From the human T2T-CHM13v2.0 reference genome, Homo sapiens: DNA of 64,000 bases. Both the position numbers and the translations under genes were made by a program. The DNA lies in the NCBI RefSeq assembly GCF_009914755.1, contig NC_060939.1; one strand, given 5' to 3'. How positions within the stretch are numbered: position 1 is the first letter of the stretch; each line of letters begins with the position of its first letter. Of this stretch, positions 33,014 through 48,345 are shown one piece after another. The notes under the pieces are model-generated. The model ran no database searches, was not told the DNA's origin, and saw only the letters and a program-made list of their open reading frames with translations.

Positions 33014-33879
33014 TTATTGTATTGCATTGCTCTATCAGTACTTACAGAGAGGAGGAAGTGGAGATGGAGTAAAAATCCAGCATAACATTGCCACTTAAAC
33101 CCCTTTAGAACAGCATAAACCAAGACGTTAACAGTGTGTAGGTGGGTAGTGGGATTACAGATAATTTTTTTAACCCTCTTGTTTATCTACAAATTGTCTT
33201 CTTATCTATTAATTGCTGTAACTCTTTAAAACTCCTCAGAAGACCGTGTCCCCAGCTACCATACACCCCCATCTTTATCTCAGAATGCAATTCCTGCACT
33301 CAAGCTTTAAGCAACTGTTTTGCAGATGGGTCAGTCCTCCTCTCAGAAAACCATAGACAGCTGCTCTAAAACTTCCCGCCAGTCTCAGCTGGGGACGGAA
33401 CCTCCTTTTCCCTTAAGTATCAAAGGTTACCAATATTAGGCTTTTTATTTATTTTTTTTTACAAATGAAAAGTTGGGAACATTTGTAAAGGACCTTATCT
33501 TTCAGAATAACCAGCTTCAAATCAAATTTTTTTCATCTTTGACATACACTTCGCATTCTTTGGCACTTCAATTCTGAGAGTGAGCAACTGCCATCTGCTC
33601 CATTTTACAGATGGTCCACAGTACCCTAGCCAAGGTCAGGATTAGCTCAGGCGTAAATTCAAACAAATAAGAAGGAGATCTAAAAACTTCAAAAGCCTTT
33701 TAAAAATGCATGGCCTATAAAATCTAGAGCAGGGAGGGTCCCTCAACCCCTGAGCAAACCTCAACCCCCCAAATCTCTATCCTGCTCTGTTAAAAGCCTT
33801 AGGAAGTGGGCAGGAGGAGAACTCGGGTGGAGGCAGAAGAAAGACGGAGAATGACAGCTGTTCAGGAACCAGTTGCTGG

Positions 33880-35010
33880 GAGGAAGCCAGAATGTCGGAG
33901 CGATTCCAGTACTAGAAGCATGGGAGGGTCTGCTGCCAGGGCAGCCGAGGGCGGGGAGCGCAGAAACTCTGCTTACAGGCTGCACTCGCCCCGACTCCTC
34001 TCCAGACGTGGGATCCCATGTTATACTTGGAGTGAATCTGGTCGCTCGCTCCCCGTCCCCGATTCCCACTTTGCTTGCCTCTTCTCCCCATCCATCTACC
34101 CCACACGCATTTTCCAGAAATCTCCCCAACTCGACGCCCACTCAGGCTACTGAACCCCAATAACGCCACCCTTTTACTAAGAGGAGCCTCCGTCGTCCCA
34201 ACCCCTTGCTCCGAGCGGGAAGCTTGGTGCAGCGCACCAAGGTCCGGTAGAGGGGGGCGGCGCCCCCTGCGCCGTGGGCCAGCAGGCCGCGGACGCGCAG
34301 ACAGCAAGTGGACCCCAAGGGCTGGAGCCGCAACGCAAGTTCCCCCTGACTGGGGGACGCCGCCCAGCTCCTGGAGCCTGCGAAGGCTCTTGAAGCTGAG
34401 CTTCCCAGGGATACCAGAAGGGACACTCTCGTGCAATTCCGGCTAGGGAAAGCGAGGGAAGGTGGCGGCTCCGGGCAGGGAGCGAGCGAGTGCTCCACGC
34501 CGCCCGCAGGATCGAGTGAGTCACGCGGCCGCCAGACGAGGCCGGTGGCGCACGCACCCGAGATCCGATGTAGTGCACCGCCTCGGCGCCGCGGCTCCCG
34601 CCGCGCAGACACCGCACCCGCAGCATCGCCCTGGCCCGGCTGGTCCACGCGCGGAATGTTCCTGGCCTCTGGGCCGCGTCGGTCCAAGCCTTCCCGAGAG
34701 CGCGCCCGGAGCGGGGTGGGCGGGCGCGCGGGGCCCGAGGCCTTTTGTAGCCGCGCTCCGCCCCGGCCGCCCCCCGCGGCCCCATTGGCTGCCGGGAACA
34801 GGTGGTGGGGCCGGCGTAGCGCCCCGAATTAGGAACTGTCGGGAAGCGCCGCGGCCGCTGGCTCGAGCCTCCGATGCTTGCCCTTTTTTAGCCAGCGGGG
34901 CCACTGACGGCTTCTGTTGCACGTCCGGACCCGGACCCAGACCCGAGCGTCGCAAGAAGGCCCGTTGGAGTCTCGCGCAACTGGGCAGGACGCGACTTCT
35001 GACGAAGTGA
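33880..35010 (-). promoter_or_regulatory. GATM CpG island / promoter: TATA-like TACAAAA (34743-34749), GC boxes (34758-34775), CCAAT (34784-34788), intronic AP-1 TGAGTCA (34517-34523)
   Basis: Very high GC and CpG density spanning exon 1; motifs read directly with the canonical CCAAT-GC-TATA order. Confidence 0.85.
34558..34626 (-). CDS. GATM: GATM coding exon 1 (MLRVRCLRGGSRGAEAVHYIGSR; start of mitochondrial transit peptide)
   Basis: ATG at 34626-34624 in gccagggcgATG context; 69 nt; donor GTGCGT follows; Arg-rich presequence. Confidence 0.97.
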
Positions 35011-35878
35011 CAATGGTCTATGCATATATTAAGTGAATATTTGAGAATTTAAATATGCAAAGCGTGAGTACAGTGTTACCCTTAAATTCACATATGCGCA
35101 CTGAACCAGTCACCTCATTTTTCGGTAAACGAAACCACCTAAAGATTAGGTGGTTTCTTGGTGCAACATCGGGTTTGAGACTGCAGAAAACTAAGTCTGG
35201 AAATTGGGCCATTTGTTCCCCGGGGAGGCAGTGCTTTCCTTCCAGTACCCCGTCGGTTGTTATTTGGAACACCTGGCATTTCACATGGTCTTTGGCCATA
35301 TGCCCCTGGCTTGAGAAACTCCGTCATGAAAATCGACAAGTGTGGGTCAGAAATAAGGGAGGACGACAGTTTCGTTCCTTCCATTTCATGTTTTAAAATT
35401 TTTGTTTCAACTTGATCAGGATTCTTTTTTAGAAAAGTATTTTCCCTCACAGTGCAGTCTTAATTGCTGTGGATTTGTACAGAGCTAGAGAACTCAGGTT
35501 AACATTTATGCTCCTAGCAGGAGGGGGGGCAAGAGATTTGAGTATTTCATTTTTGTACTTATAGAATTATAACTATTCATTTTTGATGAGCTGTCTTTTC
35601 AATTTTGGTATCTCAAGCTTGTTTTCCAGAGTTCATGGATGGAAAGCACCAGACGAGCAGATGGCATGGTGGAAAGAGCCTCCGAGAGGGAATTAGGATA
35701 ACTGAGTTCCAGTCCTGAATCACTTATAGACTACTATATGTCTTCCTGAATTGCAGTCTTCTTATCTGCAAAGTGAGAACAATAGAATTTACTGTCCCTA
35801 GCACATGGGGGGTTGCTGAGAGGCCAAAATGAGAGATTGTACATGCAGAACTTGATGCGTGGCATTAGAGCTGTATGA

Positions 35879-36458
<580 letters not shown>

Positions 36459-38553
36459 TTACTACTCTAGCAATAAGGAGGCCCCCAAATGCCATAATAT
36501 GGTGAAAGGGGTAAGTCTAGGTTCATAACTTAATTCTGCCACTTAATTTGCTGTGTGACCTGGAACCAAATCCCTTTATCTTTCTAATCAAGGCTTCATA
36601 CTTCTAGTGAGGTTTTGGGAAATCTCTAACATTTCTCAAAATTTAAAAAGTACTTACTCCCAACAATAAAATGCAGCCACCTCTGAGGTCTGATTCTCTT
36701 AGTGTACTGAGGGCAGCCAGAGATGTGCTTCTCCTGAAAAGAACTGAAGAGTACAGTAAGTACACATAACAAGCCCTTGAGATTACTATACCATTTCTGC
36801 TTGAGATTGGAGGACATCCTCTTGCCACCCATTAAAAGCACTATTTTAATTTTGCAGATGTAAGAATTGGGAGTGTCTGGTAATAATGAAGTTTACGATG
36901 TTGTTAAGTTTTACATAATGAAAAACTCATAGCCAAAGAGCATACCCTTATCTCCTGGGATCCAGCAGAAAGTGTGTGGATAGCGCCACCCAAACCAGTC
37001 CTACTGTTATAAAAGCAAATCAAAGCACTCACTCCTCCTTTTTGCTATGCCTCTGATTTACTTTCATTCTTTGTCCTTTTTCCCCTTTTATACCACACTT
37101 TTATTCATTCACTACAATTATATTTTTTCATTCTCTTCTATGTTCTGTTTTTGAAAAAATTTGGTAACAATTTCTAGAGTGACCTCATCAATTTAAAGTA
37201 CAAGCTTTCCATATTAGATTGTTTGTCTAATACTGGGCCAACTCTGCAAAGTATCTATATAGTGATAGTTGGCAACTCCGTGGTCTTTAGTTGCTGCCTT
37301 ATTCAGAAGAAATGGAATAGACTGTGAAGTCTTGTCTTGCCTTCCCCTATTGGCAGTAGATACCATTAAATACTTTGATTGAACCAATAATTTTAGGATC
37401 TTGGTGGTCTCATACCTAGTCGTTATGCATATTCAAGTCTAATAGTAGTTCATCTTTGTAGCTTAACTTAAAGGCATAATTTAGGATAGTGTGTGTATAA
37501 AGGGGTCTAAAAGGACAGGGAATAGAAAACATACCAGAAGCATGGCAAAAATTCAGCTTTTCAATTCTTCCTCATCACTGTTGCTTTCGAGATATGCCCA
37601 ACTCTCCCTAGTTCCAACCAACAAAGCACAGAGTTTTTGAAATGTGTCTTGAAATTAAAAAAGCAAGTAAAGTCATTGGATTAACAAAATAAACAACAAA
37701 AGAGCCCGTTGTAAGAATTTATTATTTCTATATCATGGTTGACTTCAGAATCTGTACATAGGGCATAAACAAGTACAGAGGAAGGTGTTCCTAGAACTTA
37801 AGAATACAGATACTCTGTGAAATTGGTTAAGCACACACATATACACACAGATACACTGGATGAGATTAGCTATCTACAGAAGTCACCTATTCTAAGAGAC
37901 ATTTGTACCTACAGTTTAGGGGAAGGATATCTCTCAAAGTAAATTAGAAACAATAATGTATTACTCAAGTTCAAACAAGGTGACTAAAGTATATTCTCAT
38001 GCCTGGAATGTAAATAAAGCTGCAATTTTTTTAGAAAATATTATTTGGGCTGCATCAATAAAATATATTTGGAAGGATACACAGATACTGATAACCTAAG
38101 TTGTCCCTGGGGAGGGGACCTGGATGACTAGGAAACAGGAATGAGAGAGATTTTCCACTGTAAGCCTTATTGTACCTTTGAACACGTGAGTGAATTACCT
38201 AATAAACAAAAAACATATTTAAAAGACTGCATTTGCAGGGTGTGATTATCAACATGGAGTTTTTAAAAAGGAAGCCTGAGTGGCCAACCTATCGGAGTCT
38301 GTTCATCCAGATCTACCTAAGGATGGAATCAGAATATTCTGGCCTCTGGAAAGGTTAAATCTATTGAGGACAAGAATAATTCTGTGGGTTTTTATGAAAT
38401 ATCCCTCAAAACTATTCACCTCCTCTAACTTGTGAGCTCACCAAGCTCATCCCTGGGAACCTTGGCATAGGGGAGTTACCCTGCAGGCTGAGCACAAGTG
38501 ATCTGATAGCTGGAAAGATGAAGATCTCATTGTAAAGTATTAAATCAGTATTC

Positions 38554-38995
<442 letters not shown>

Positions 38996-39770
38996 AACAT
39001 TCTAGCTTATCCCTCAGAGTGTGGTGAGTTCTAGCTCAGTTCTTGCTTCCTAATTATGTTTCCCTTCTTAATGTTCTCTTTTTCCTGACTACCTAGTCAA
39101 TTCCAGGTAAACTGATGGAATTTACTTTCTAAATCTGAAATGCTGTGGGACTGGCCTGATCCCACAATAGCCTGTGTTCCCTGGAATTGCCTGCTTATAT
39201 GGCTGTTGGCTCCTTAAGGACAGGGAGTCTGTTTTACCCACCAGTATATCCCTAGCACAGTGCCTGACACAGCCAGAGTCCTTAATCAATTGTTCAATGC
39301 CACTCTGATGGCCCAGGCTAGAATAACCAGAGCTCCCTCTTTGGTACTTTGCAGTCTTTGATTTCAAATGAGTTACAAAATCTTGTGAAGGCAGCCTCTG
39401 CACTGTCCCTTACGAGTCATTTTAGGATTTTTACTAGTTTTGAACAGCTGTGTTATTACTGCTCAACATCTCCCAATGAGGTAGATTCTTTCATTGGAAG
39501 ACAACTGCAAAACACTAGCTCCAGCTAAATTAAATGCCAGCTTTCTCCAAGTATTTAAAATAATCTCAGCTTAGGTTAGCACTGAAACTGATACAGCTTT
39601 AAGAAAACTGAGGAAGAAACATTTGAAGTCTGCTCCAAGGGATCTTCTTATTTTTTTTACTTTAGTCTTCAAATACCCTTCTGGAATTTAAAAACAGTAA
39701 ACACCATTCTCTTTCTTAAGGTTCTGACTAAACTTAAAGGCAAAGGCCAACCCATTTGCCAAATTGCTGC

Positions 39771-40015
<245 letters not shown>

Positions 40016-40868
40016 AGCTTCAATTAATTTTAAAATCATTTCTACTCTAATAATAATAACTACTATTTACTGAGCACTTACTATGTGCCAGATAAGAGCT
40101 TCACATGTTATTTCATTTAGTCATCTATGAGGTATTCTTATAATATTTTTGTTTCAAAGATGAAGAAACCGAGCCCTACAGGATTAAACAAATTGTCCTA
40201 AGTGAAACAGTGGCCAAGTGGCTAATAGAGCCAAAATTCAAATCCAGGCCTCTAAGACTCAAAAGCCTGAGCCCTTAACTTCTAGGACACTTGATTTTCT
40301 CACAGATTCTCAGGAGAATAGCTACTGCATGATGCAGGGTGCATACATGTAGTCCAACTACTTTCAGTGTTCACCACTCCTGTAAGCTGCATATTGTGTC
40401 GCATGCTGCCATCTTGATATTTCAAGATATCTCTGAGTGTTTTTTCTGGGAGTTATTTATAACTGTCCTTCTTAGGATAATGCTATACCCATAAAGACTG
40501 CATGGTAATGAGTCTTTGACAAACTGAACTTATGTGGGTCAGCTAGAGCTGAATGCTAAAGAGATAGAAAGTCCAGAACTAGTATAAGGCCTCTAAACAA
40601 GCTCAGGTATAGCTTAGATCTCTGTTGGGAACTCTACAGAGGCAAGAGAAGGTATTTTAGCATAGGGGTAGCTGTTGCTCCCTGCACTGTAGTCAAAGAA
40701 GGGACAGCAGGAAGGGGAAATTGCCTTAGAAGGGTCTGTCCCATTGGGATGGTTCTGGAAATACAATGTATGTTCATCCTGACTTAATTACAACCCTCGG
40801 ACTTTTAGTGGTAGCTAAAATAGCTCCACTCACGCCACTGAGAAAGCTGTGCCTTACATTTCCCCTAA

Positions 40869-41169
<301 letters not shown>

Positions 41170-41804
41170 ACCTTTCCCTTTCTTAACCCAACAGCCTCTA
41201 GCACTGGTTGTGCTAGTCAGACAGTGCGTATCTAGACAGTGCCCAAAAGTGAGGAAGTCATATTGGCTAATTCCAGAAATGATGCAGAAGTTAGTGAATC
41301 TCTATCATTATGTTACATGATATTGGTGCCACGAAGATGCCACTGTCCATAAACAATCCCTGGTGTTGCAGGAAATATTTTTGGGGCACCTTAGTGGTAA
41401 GAAGGCAGCTGTCACTGGACCTTCTCCCTCATCTCATTCTTGTAGCCTAAATTCCTTTCCCAGTACTTTTTCAAACATCTTCTCCAAGCTGATTCTCTAT
41501 TTACACTTTTTGTCTAAAGCCTCAAAAAAATGCTATAAGAAACAGATTGAATGACCAACAACAATTAAAGAATGGTTAAGGAAATTATTACACATTCAGC
41601 ATTTGGCAAAATGCTTGGGTCTTAGATGAATAAATACATTTTTCTTAATATTTCTTAAGTGAATGAATAAATTTAGGATTTATAATAAATAAATTTCATC
41701 ATAAGATGAACATGCACCACTAAATAATGTTTAAAGAGAGTTTTTCTTTTAATAAGCTAGGATGTGGAGGATGTGTCATTTTAAAATATGTCAGGTTGAC
41801 ATAT

Positions 41805-42328
41805 TATTTTGAGTTGAAAACATTAGAGAAAATTTAGTCTTAGAAAAAGGAAGCTGACCTGTCTCTCTGTATATAGTAAGCAATAAAGATTTCTCTGGGA
41901 GGAGTACCCTCTCCATACTAGGGCGAGAAAACAGCTCTTATCACCAGAGACTTGGAATTGCAGTTGACAATGGACCTAAACAAACATACTTAATGAAGTA
42001 ACTCTTATCTTTCACCAGTTTTATACCCCACCATATATCTCCTAGTGACTCCTCTAGAAAATTCACTGTCCCTAGCCAGATTGTCTTTGTCCTGTCATTT
42101 CTACTCAAATTTATTGTTCCTTGTCTAAAAAAGTATAAAAGCATCTTGCTTTGACTACTTCTTCACACTTCACTTTCCTGTGGAGATCCTTATGTACATG
42201 TAAAAGTAATAAAATTTGTACGCTTTTCTCTTGTTAATCTGCCTGCTCTCAATTTGGCCTCTACATCCAGCTAAAAAGCCCACTAAGAGCTAAAAGTGGG
42301 GTTGGAAGTGATCTCTGGCTTCCTCACA
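41805..42328 (+). mobile_element. ERV1 solo LTR (MER34/MER39-like)
   Basis: TATAAAA 42134-42140, AATAAA 42208-42213, 3' CA end, 4-bp ATAT flanks. Confidence 0.75.
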
Positions 42329-44204
42329 ATATTAACTGAAAAATAACCGAATATGAAATTGTATGTACAGTATTCTCTGAACCATGTTGAACATATGTAT
42401 GCACATAAAATTCTGGAAAGAAATTTACCAAAATTTAAATAGTGACAATCTTTGCGTGGAGATGTAATGGGTAACCTTTATATTCTTCTTTCTGCTTTTC
42501 TGCAATTTGTATACCTTTCTCTATGAGACTTTGCTACATTTATAATCAGAAAAAAACCCTAATCGCTATTATTTTTAGAAGCAAAAGGCCCTGTGTCTGC
42601 TTAGAAACAACTCTTGTTGTCACAGATATTTTCCCTTGCAGCTCTGCCCTAAGAAAACTGTAGATACTGCTCTGGGAGAAAACCTCCCACAGCCACCTGG
42701 CTCCTCTCATGTCCATACACGCTGTGATCTGGCAGAACAGGGAGATTAGCGTGGGAAGACACTTCTGCCTATCTCTCTGTTGTGCACTTTGCCCAGTTCT
42801 CAGTCTGTGCTTGCTATTTCGCTCCTGTCTGTCTCGCTTGTTGCTGGTAGGGAATTTTCCAGAATTATCATTCCCAGCAAAAGGCACTTCTCTAGCTGGG
42901 CCCTGGGAATTGAAGAAGTAACATTAGCCAGTTTTCTGCATCCCTCTCGAATATTCTTACTTGTCTTGGGCAACATCCCAGGAGGAAGCACTCATCTCCT
43001 CCACTTATGGTCATTTAAGTGACAAAACGTCCTCCATAGTCACGTTCTCCCTGCTAAAGAAAGGTCTGTTCAAATAGAATTATTCAGAATTTGCAAGCTT
43101 AGAATCAAAGTAGGGTCCAATATTGAACTTTTGCTTAGGAACTCTAAATTACTGTTTACCATGCTATTCAGAATTTAAAAGCAAAACTGAATACGAAGAC
43201 CATATAAGACTATATATTGCAAAGGCTAAACTAGAAATATTCAGCTATAAGATGGAAATGGAATGACCTGTGAGGCATGAGGTTTTTATGAAGGCTTGAT
43301 TTAGTAATGACAGACTATGTCAGCCAACACACTGCCTTTTCTGGAAAGTTATGTTGTTCATGTGACAGCAATTAAATCATTTCAGGGGACAGATTTCAGA
43401 CATTCCCAAGAGAATGCATCTGCAACTTGAGATACTTGTGCTTTTCTGGCACAATTCTGTAGCAACCAAATTTCTGACTCTGCAGCCAATTTAGCACTGG
43501 GAAAATCCAGTAATTCCCAGATATTTACAAACAGCCAATGAAGATAAATGTTTACTAGTATAGGACTAATCCCTCATTGACTCTGATTAGATCAAACAGT
43601 ACTATTTCATGGTATTCCTGTTTTTTTTTTTTTATGTCCAAACCTTCTGTAACATCTCCAGAAGAATGAAGCAACTTCTTCCTGTGTACCACAGCACACC
43701 TTGTTAATACTTTTTTTAGAGCACTTATACATGGCTGTAACAGCTTGTTTACATATCTCTTTCGCCAGACCTCTGGAGAGCAAGGGCTACAGCTCCTGTT
43801 GTACTTAGCACAGTGATTATCACTTAATAAATGTTTGTGGAATCAATTGCCTAGTCAAAGTTTTATTTTTTCCCTTGGAATTTGTACCTCACTTTAAAAC
43901 AATATTTACAATGTTTGAGAGAGGCATATTTACAGAATTTTAAAACTAAGAGGGATCTTATTTTATAGTTGGGATAACCTCATGGCCCAAGGCTAAATGA
44001 TTCATCCAAATTCACCACACTCTGCTGAGATAAATTCTCAGTGCAATTCTTTTTTCAAGAGTTAAGTGAACTTTTGGAAAACAGACTTTGATTTTATACT
44101 CTGGGAATTCAAATCTGAAAACCTTAAACTTCCAAGTCTAGCAAAATGGTGCTATAGGTCTCAAGAAGGGCTTTAAGTGTGATTATATTAATTTTTAAAA
44201 AATT

Positions 44205-44325
44205 AAAGACAGAATCTTGCTATGTTGCCCAGGCTGGTCTTGAACTCCTGGGCTCAAGTGCTCCTCCTGCCTCAGTCAGCCCCCCAGAGTGCTGAGATTA
44301 CAGGCGTGAGGTACTATACCAGACT
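44205..44325 (-). mobile_element. Alu monomer (FLAM-like)
   Basis: Left-arm sequence only. Confidence 0.8.
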
Positions 44326-44439
44326 GATTAAGTGTGGATATCTTAAGTAGGTATTCTGCACAAGTCAGCCTTCTAAACTTGTGGAAGTCTGTCTGTACTT
44401 TAATATGTTAAAATAATTTTCATGAGTTTGTGGGAAATT

Positions 44440-45130
44440 TTGTTTTCTATCTGTTTTTGGATTTACAGAAAAGTTACAAAGATAGTACAGAGTTCCTGTA
44501 CACCCATCGCCCTGTTTTGGTTTACCCTGTTATTGTCTTCCACAGCTAAGATACATTTGCTAAAACTAAGCTACCAACACTGTAAATCATTATTAACTAA
44601 ACTCCAGACTTTACTTGGATCTTACCAGTTTTTCCACTAACATTCTTTTTCTGTTCCAATATCCAATCCAGGATACCACACTATATTTCGTTGTAATGTC
44701 TTCTGTGATTGCCTCTGCTCTCTGACAGTATCTTAGTCTTTCTTTGGTTTTTCAGGACTTCGTCAGTTTTGAGGAAAACTAATCAGATATTTTGTAGTCT
44801 ATGCTTTGAACTGGGTTTATGTATTTCTCATGATTGGACTGGCATTATGGAGTTCTGGAAAGAATACTACCGAGATGATGTGCCCTTTTCATCGTATCGT
44901 ATCAGGTAGTATGTAATATTCTCATATCACTGATGGTATTAACCCTGTCATTTGCTTAAGGTAGTGTCTGCCGGGTTTTTCCTCTGTAAAGTTGGTTGGT
45001 GTTTTTTCCTTTTCATACTTTATTCTTTGGAATTGAGTCTCCGAGACCAACTCCCCTGGAAAGGAAGAGGGGTTTACATACATATATTGCTTGGAATTCT
45101 TCTGCAAGGAAGATTTATCTCTTTTCCTCT
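44440..45130 (-). mobile_element. Old L1M (L1MC-type) 3' fragment
   Basis: TTACAGAAAAGTTACAAAGATAGTACAGAGTTCC, TCCAGGATACCACA, AAGGTAGTGTCTGCCGG motifs. Confidence 0.75.
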
Positions 45131-45599
45131 CCTTATGGAAAATTTAGTTTGATAAGTAATAATTTTCTTAGTTGGAGGAAGTTAAAGTTATAATTGTGCA
45201 AGACAGTAACGTTTGGCAGATATAAAATAGTTGGAATATGAGTTTAAAAGATAAAGCCCTCCTTAGGGGATATCATCATGGCCAACACATTTCATATCAA
45301 TAAACTTTCCAGACAACTGAAGCTTTTTCCTTTAACACTAAAAGTTTTTAAATATATAAACTTCTCCCATTTGTATGGCTGCCTTTCTAAGATGAATTAA
45401 ATACTTTTCATCTTCTTGAACAGAATATCCTGAACACAATTTAACCTTTTTACAAAAATTGGTCATTATACTGAAATTCACAGCAGTGATGACGGTTGAA
45501 CTTGATGACCTCTAAGGTTTCTTCCAATCCAAGTTTCTATGGTTTGATAACTATCCAACAAAATTAATGAAGCTATGCTCCCAAATAATCAAAGACTTC

Positions 45600-45833
45600 T
45601 TGTTTTTGCAGGGTTTTTTGTTTTGTTTTGTTTTTTAGACAAAGTCTTGCTCTGTTGCCCAGGCTGAAGTGCAGTGGCACAATCTGGGCTCACTGCAAGC
45701 TCCACCTCCCAGGCTGAAGTGATCCTCCCACCTCAGTCACCTGAATAGCTGGGACAGCAGGTGCATGCCACCATGCCCAGGTAATTTGTGTATTTTTTGC
45801 AGAGATGGGTTTTTGCCATGTTGCTCAGGCTGA
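45600..45833 (-). mobile_element. Partial AluJ (right arm plus part of left arm)
   Basis: Reverse Alu, 5'-truncated. Confidence 0.85.
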
Positions 45834-46001
45834 CTTCTTGTTTTTAACTTAAGGTTTGTATCTTGGAGTAGTGGTACAGAAAGTCTCAGCCTCACTTCTA
45901 GACTAGAAAGAAGCAATAGGTATTCTTACAAAGGCATCCAGGGATGCACATAGGAATCACTTGGGGAGCTTGTTAAAAGGCAAATTCTGATTCAGGCCTA
46001 A

Positions 46002-46377
<376 letters not shown>

Positions 46378-47254
46378 TAGGTCACATGCTGAGCAAGGAC
46401 TTAGGGAATCCCACACACCAAATATTGTGGTCTGGCTGTTGACAGGGCTGGTGAGTTCCTAAGGCAGTTGGAGCTTTTCTCTCATGCTGCAAAATATTTT
46501 AGACATGGATTGTTTTTTAAGTACAGTTGAATATTACAAAAAGAAGGAGCTAGGTGACAAAAATTAAAAACACATTCCTCTAATAGAAACCAAAGAAAGG
46601 AATGAAAATTATTTTCCTTAAATGACCTTTGATGCTATGGTTCCTTTGATTCAGTGAAAGGAGGTATCCAGATCACATCAAAATGACAATAAGCTAGTAT
46701 TATCATCAGTTGTGTGGAGAGAAGGTCTACTTCTAGAACTTGAGGCTTCTTACCCCAAAATTGCACTTGAGGATTTTAGGACAGCATCAATGCACATTTT
46801 ATAACATTGTTTCTGCTACTATTTTCTCATAAGCAGAAGTCTGTCCTTTAGGATTTAAGCCATAGTAGCCAACCCCTTAGCCCTTTCAAATTAAGCTGAT
46901 AAGATACACAGAATCTACTTATTTAAATATAAAATGAAGTATATGATTCCTGAGTGAAATACAGTGCCTTTATTAGGGCAACTAATAAAGGTCTTTCAAC
47001 TATGAGAAGTCTTTCACATCACTGTATGGATGACCACACAGCCTGTCTGAGACAGTTCCAGTCAGAAGTGCAGTGCTCAGGGAAGTGCACCATGAATGCA
47101 GATGTGGAGATCAGAATTGACCTGGAGATCACTGCTTGACCATTAACTACTTGGATAACCTTGAGCAAGTCACTTAATCTCTCCACGCCTACTTGTACAA
47201 ACTAGTTAACCTCAAGGTTCTGTTGAAGTCCTAGTTTCTCACCATTCTATTCTA

Positions 47255-47698
<444 letters not shown>

Positions 47699-48094
47699 TT
47701 ACACCAAGTAATCAGCAGAGGAAAAATAGCTGAGATTTTGACTTCATTTCTTGAATAGATTTGTTTGTGTGTATAAGCTAGCCAGTGGTTTAGTTAACAC
47801 TGTGCAGAATTATTGCCCCAGACAATTACTAAAGATCAAAGTTTGTAGCATGAATTATACCACTTGGTAAGATTCTGCATTTCTCATAACTGAGTAACAA
47901 ATTTATATTAGAGTTGGTGTTAGGCAAAAGTGATTCTGGCTTCATTGATTGAATTGTAGAAGGCAAAGAGAAAAACTGCCAATTGCTGCCTAAAAAATTT
48001 TCAAGTTCTTCTGCTAAAGAAAAAAAAACACAAAAAATAAAAGGATACAAAAGATTTTAGGTTGGCAGATGTGTACCTCAGACAGTGGCAGGCC

Positions 48095-48345
48095 CTATGG
48101 CAGAGTAAAACACAGTATACCATCATAATAAAGAGTGTGGGCTCTGGAACCAAACTACCCAGCTTTAAAGCCTGACCCTACAATTTAAGCTGTATGACCT
48201 TGTGTAAGTGACTTAACCCTTCTGTACCTCAGCTTTCTCAAATATAATAAGGATAATAATAGCATGTAACTCATAGAGTTATGATTAAATGAATTAATAC
48301 ATGTAAAGCACTTAAAATAACCACTCACATGTTAGCTACTGTTGT
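48095..48345 (+). mobile_element. MIR
   Basis: GCTGTATGACCTTG..TAAGTGACTTAACCCTTCTGTACCTCAG core. Confidence 0.8.

Noticed and set aside
33761-35010. Stack of overlapping 100-200-aa ORFs on both strands at the GATM island
   Set aside because: Stop-codon scarcity in GC-rich DNA; low-complexity R/P/G/A composition; only the exon-1 frame is supported
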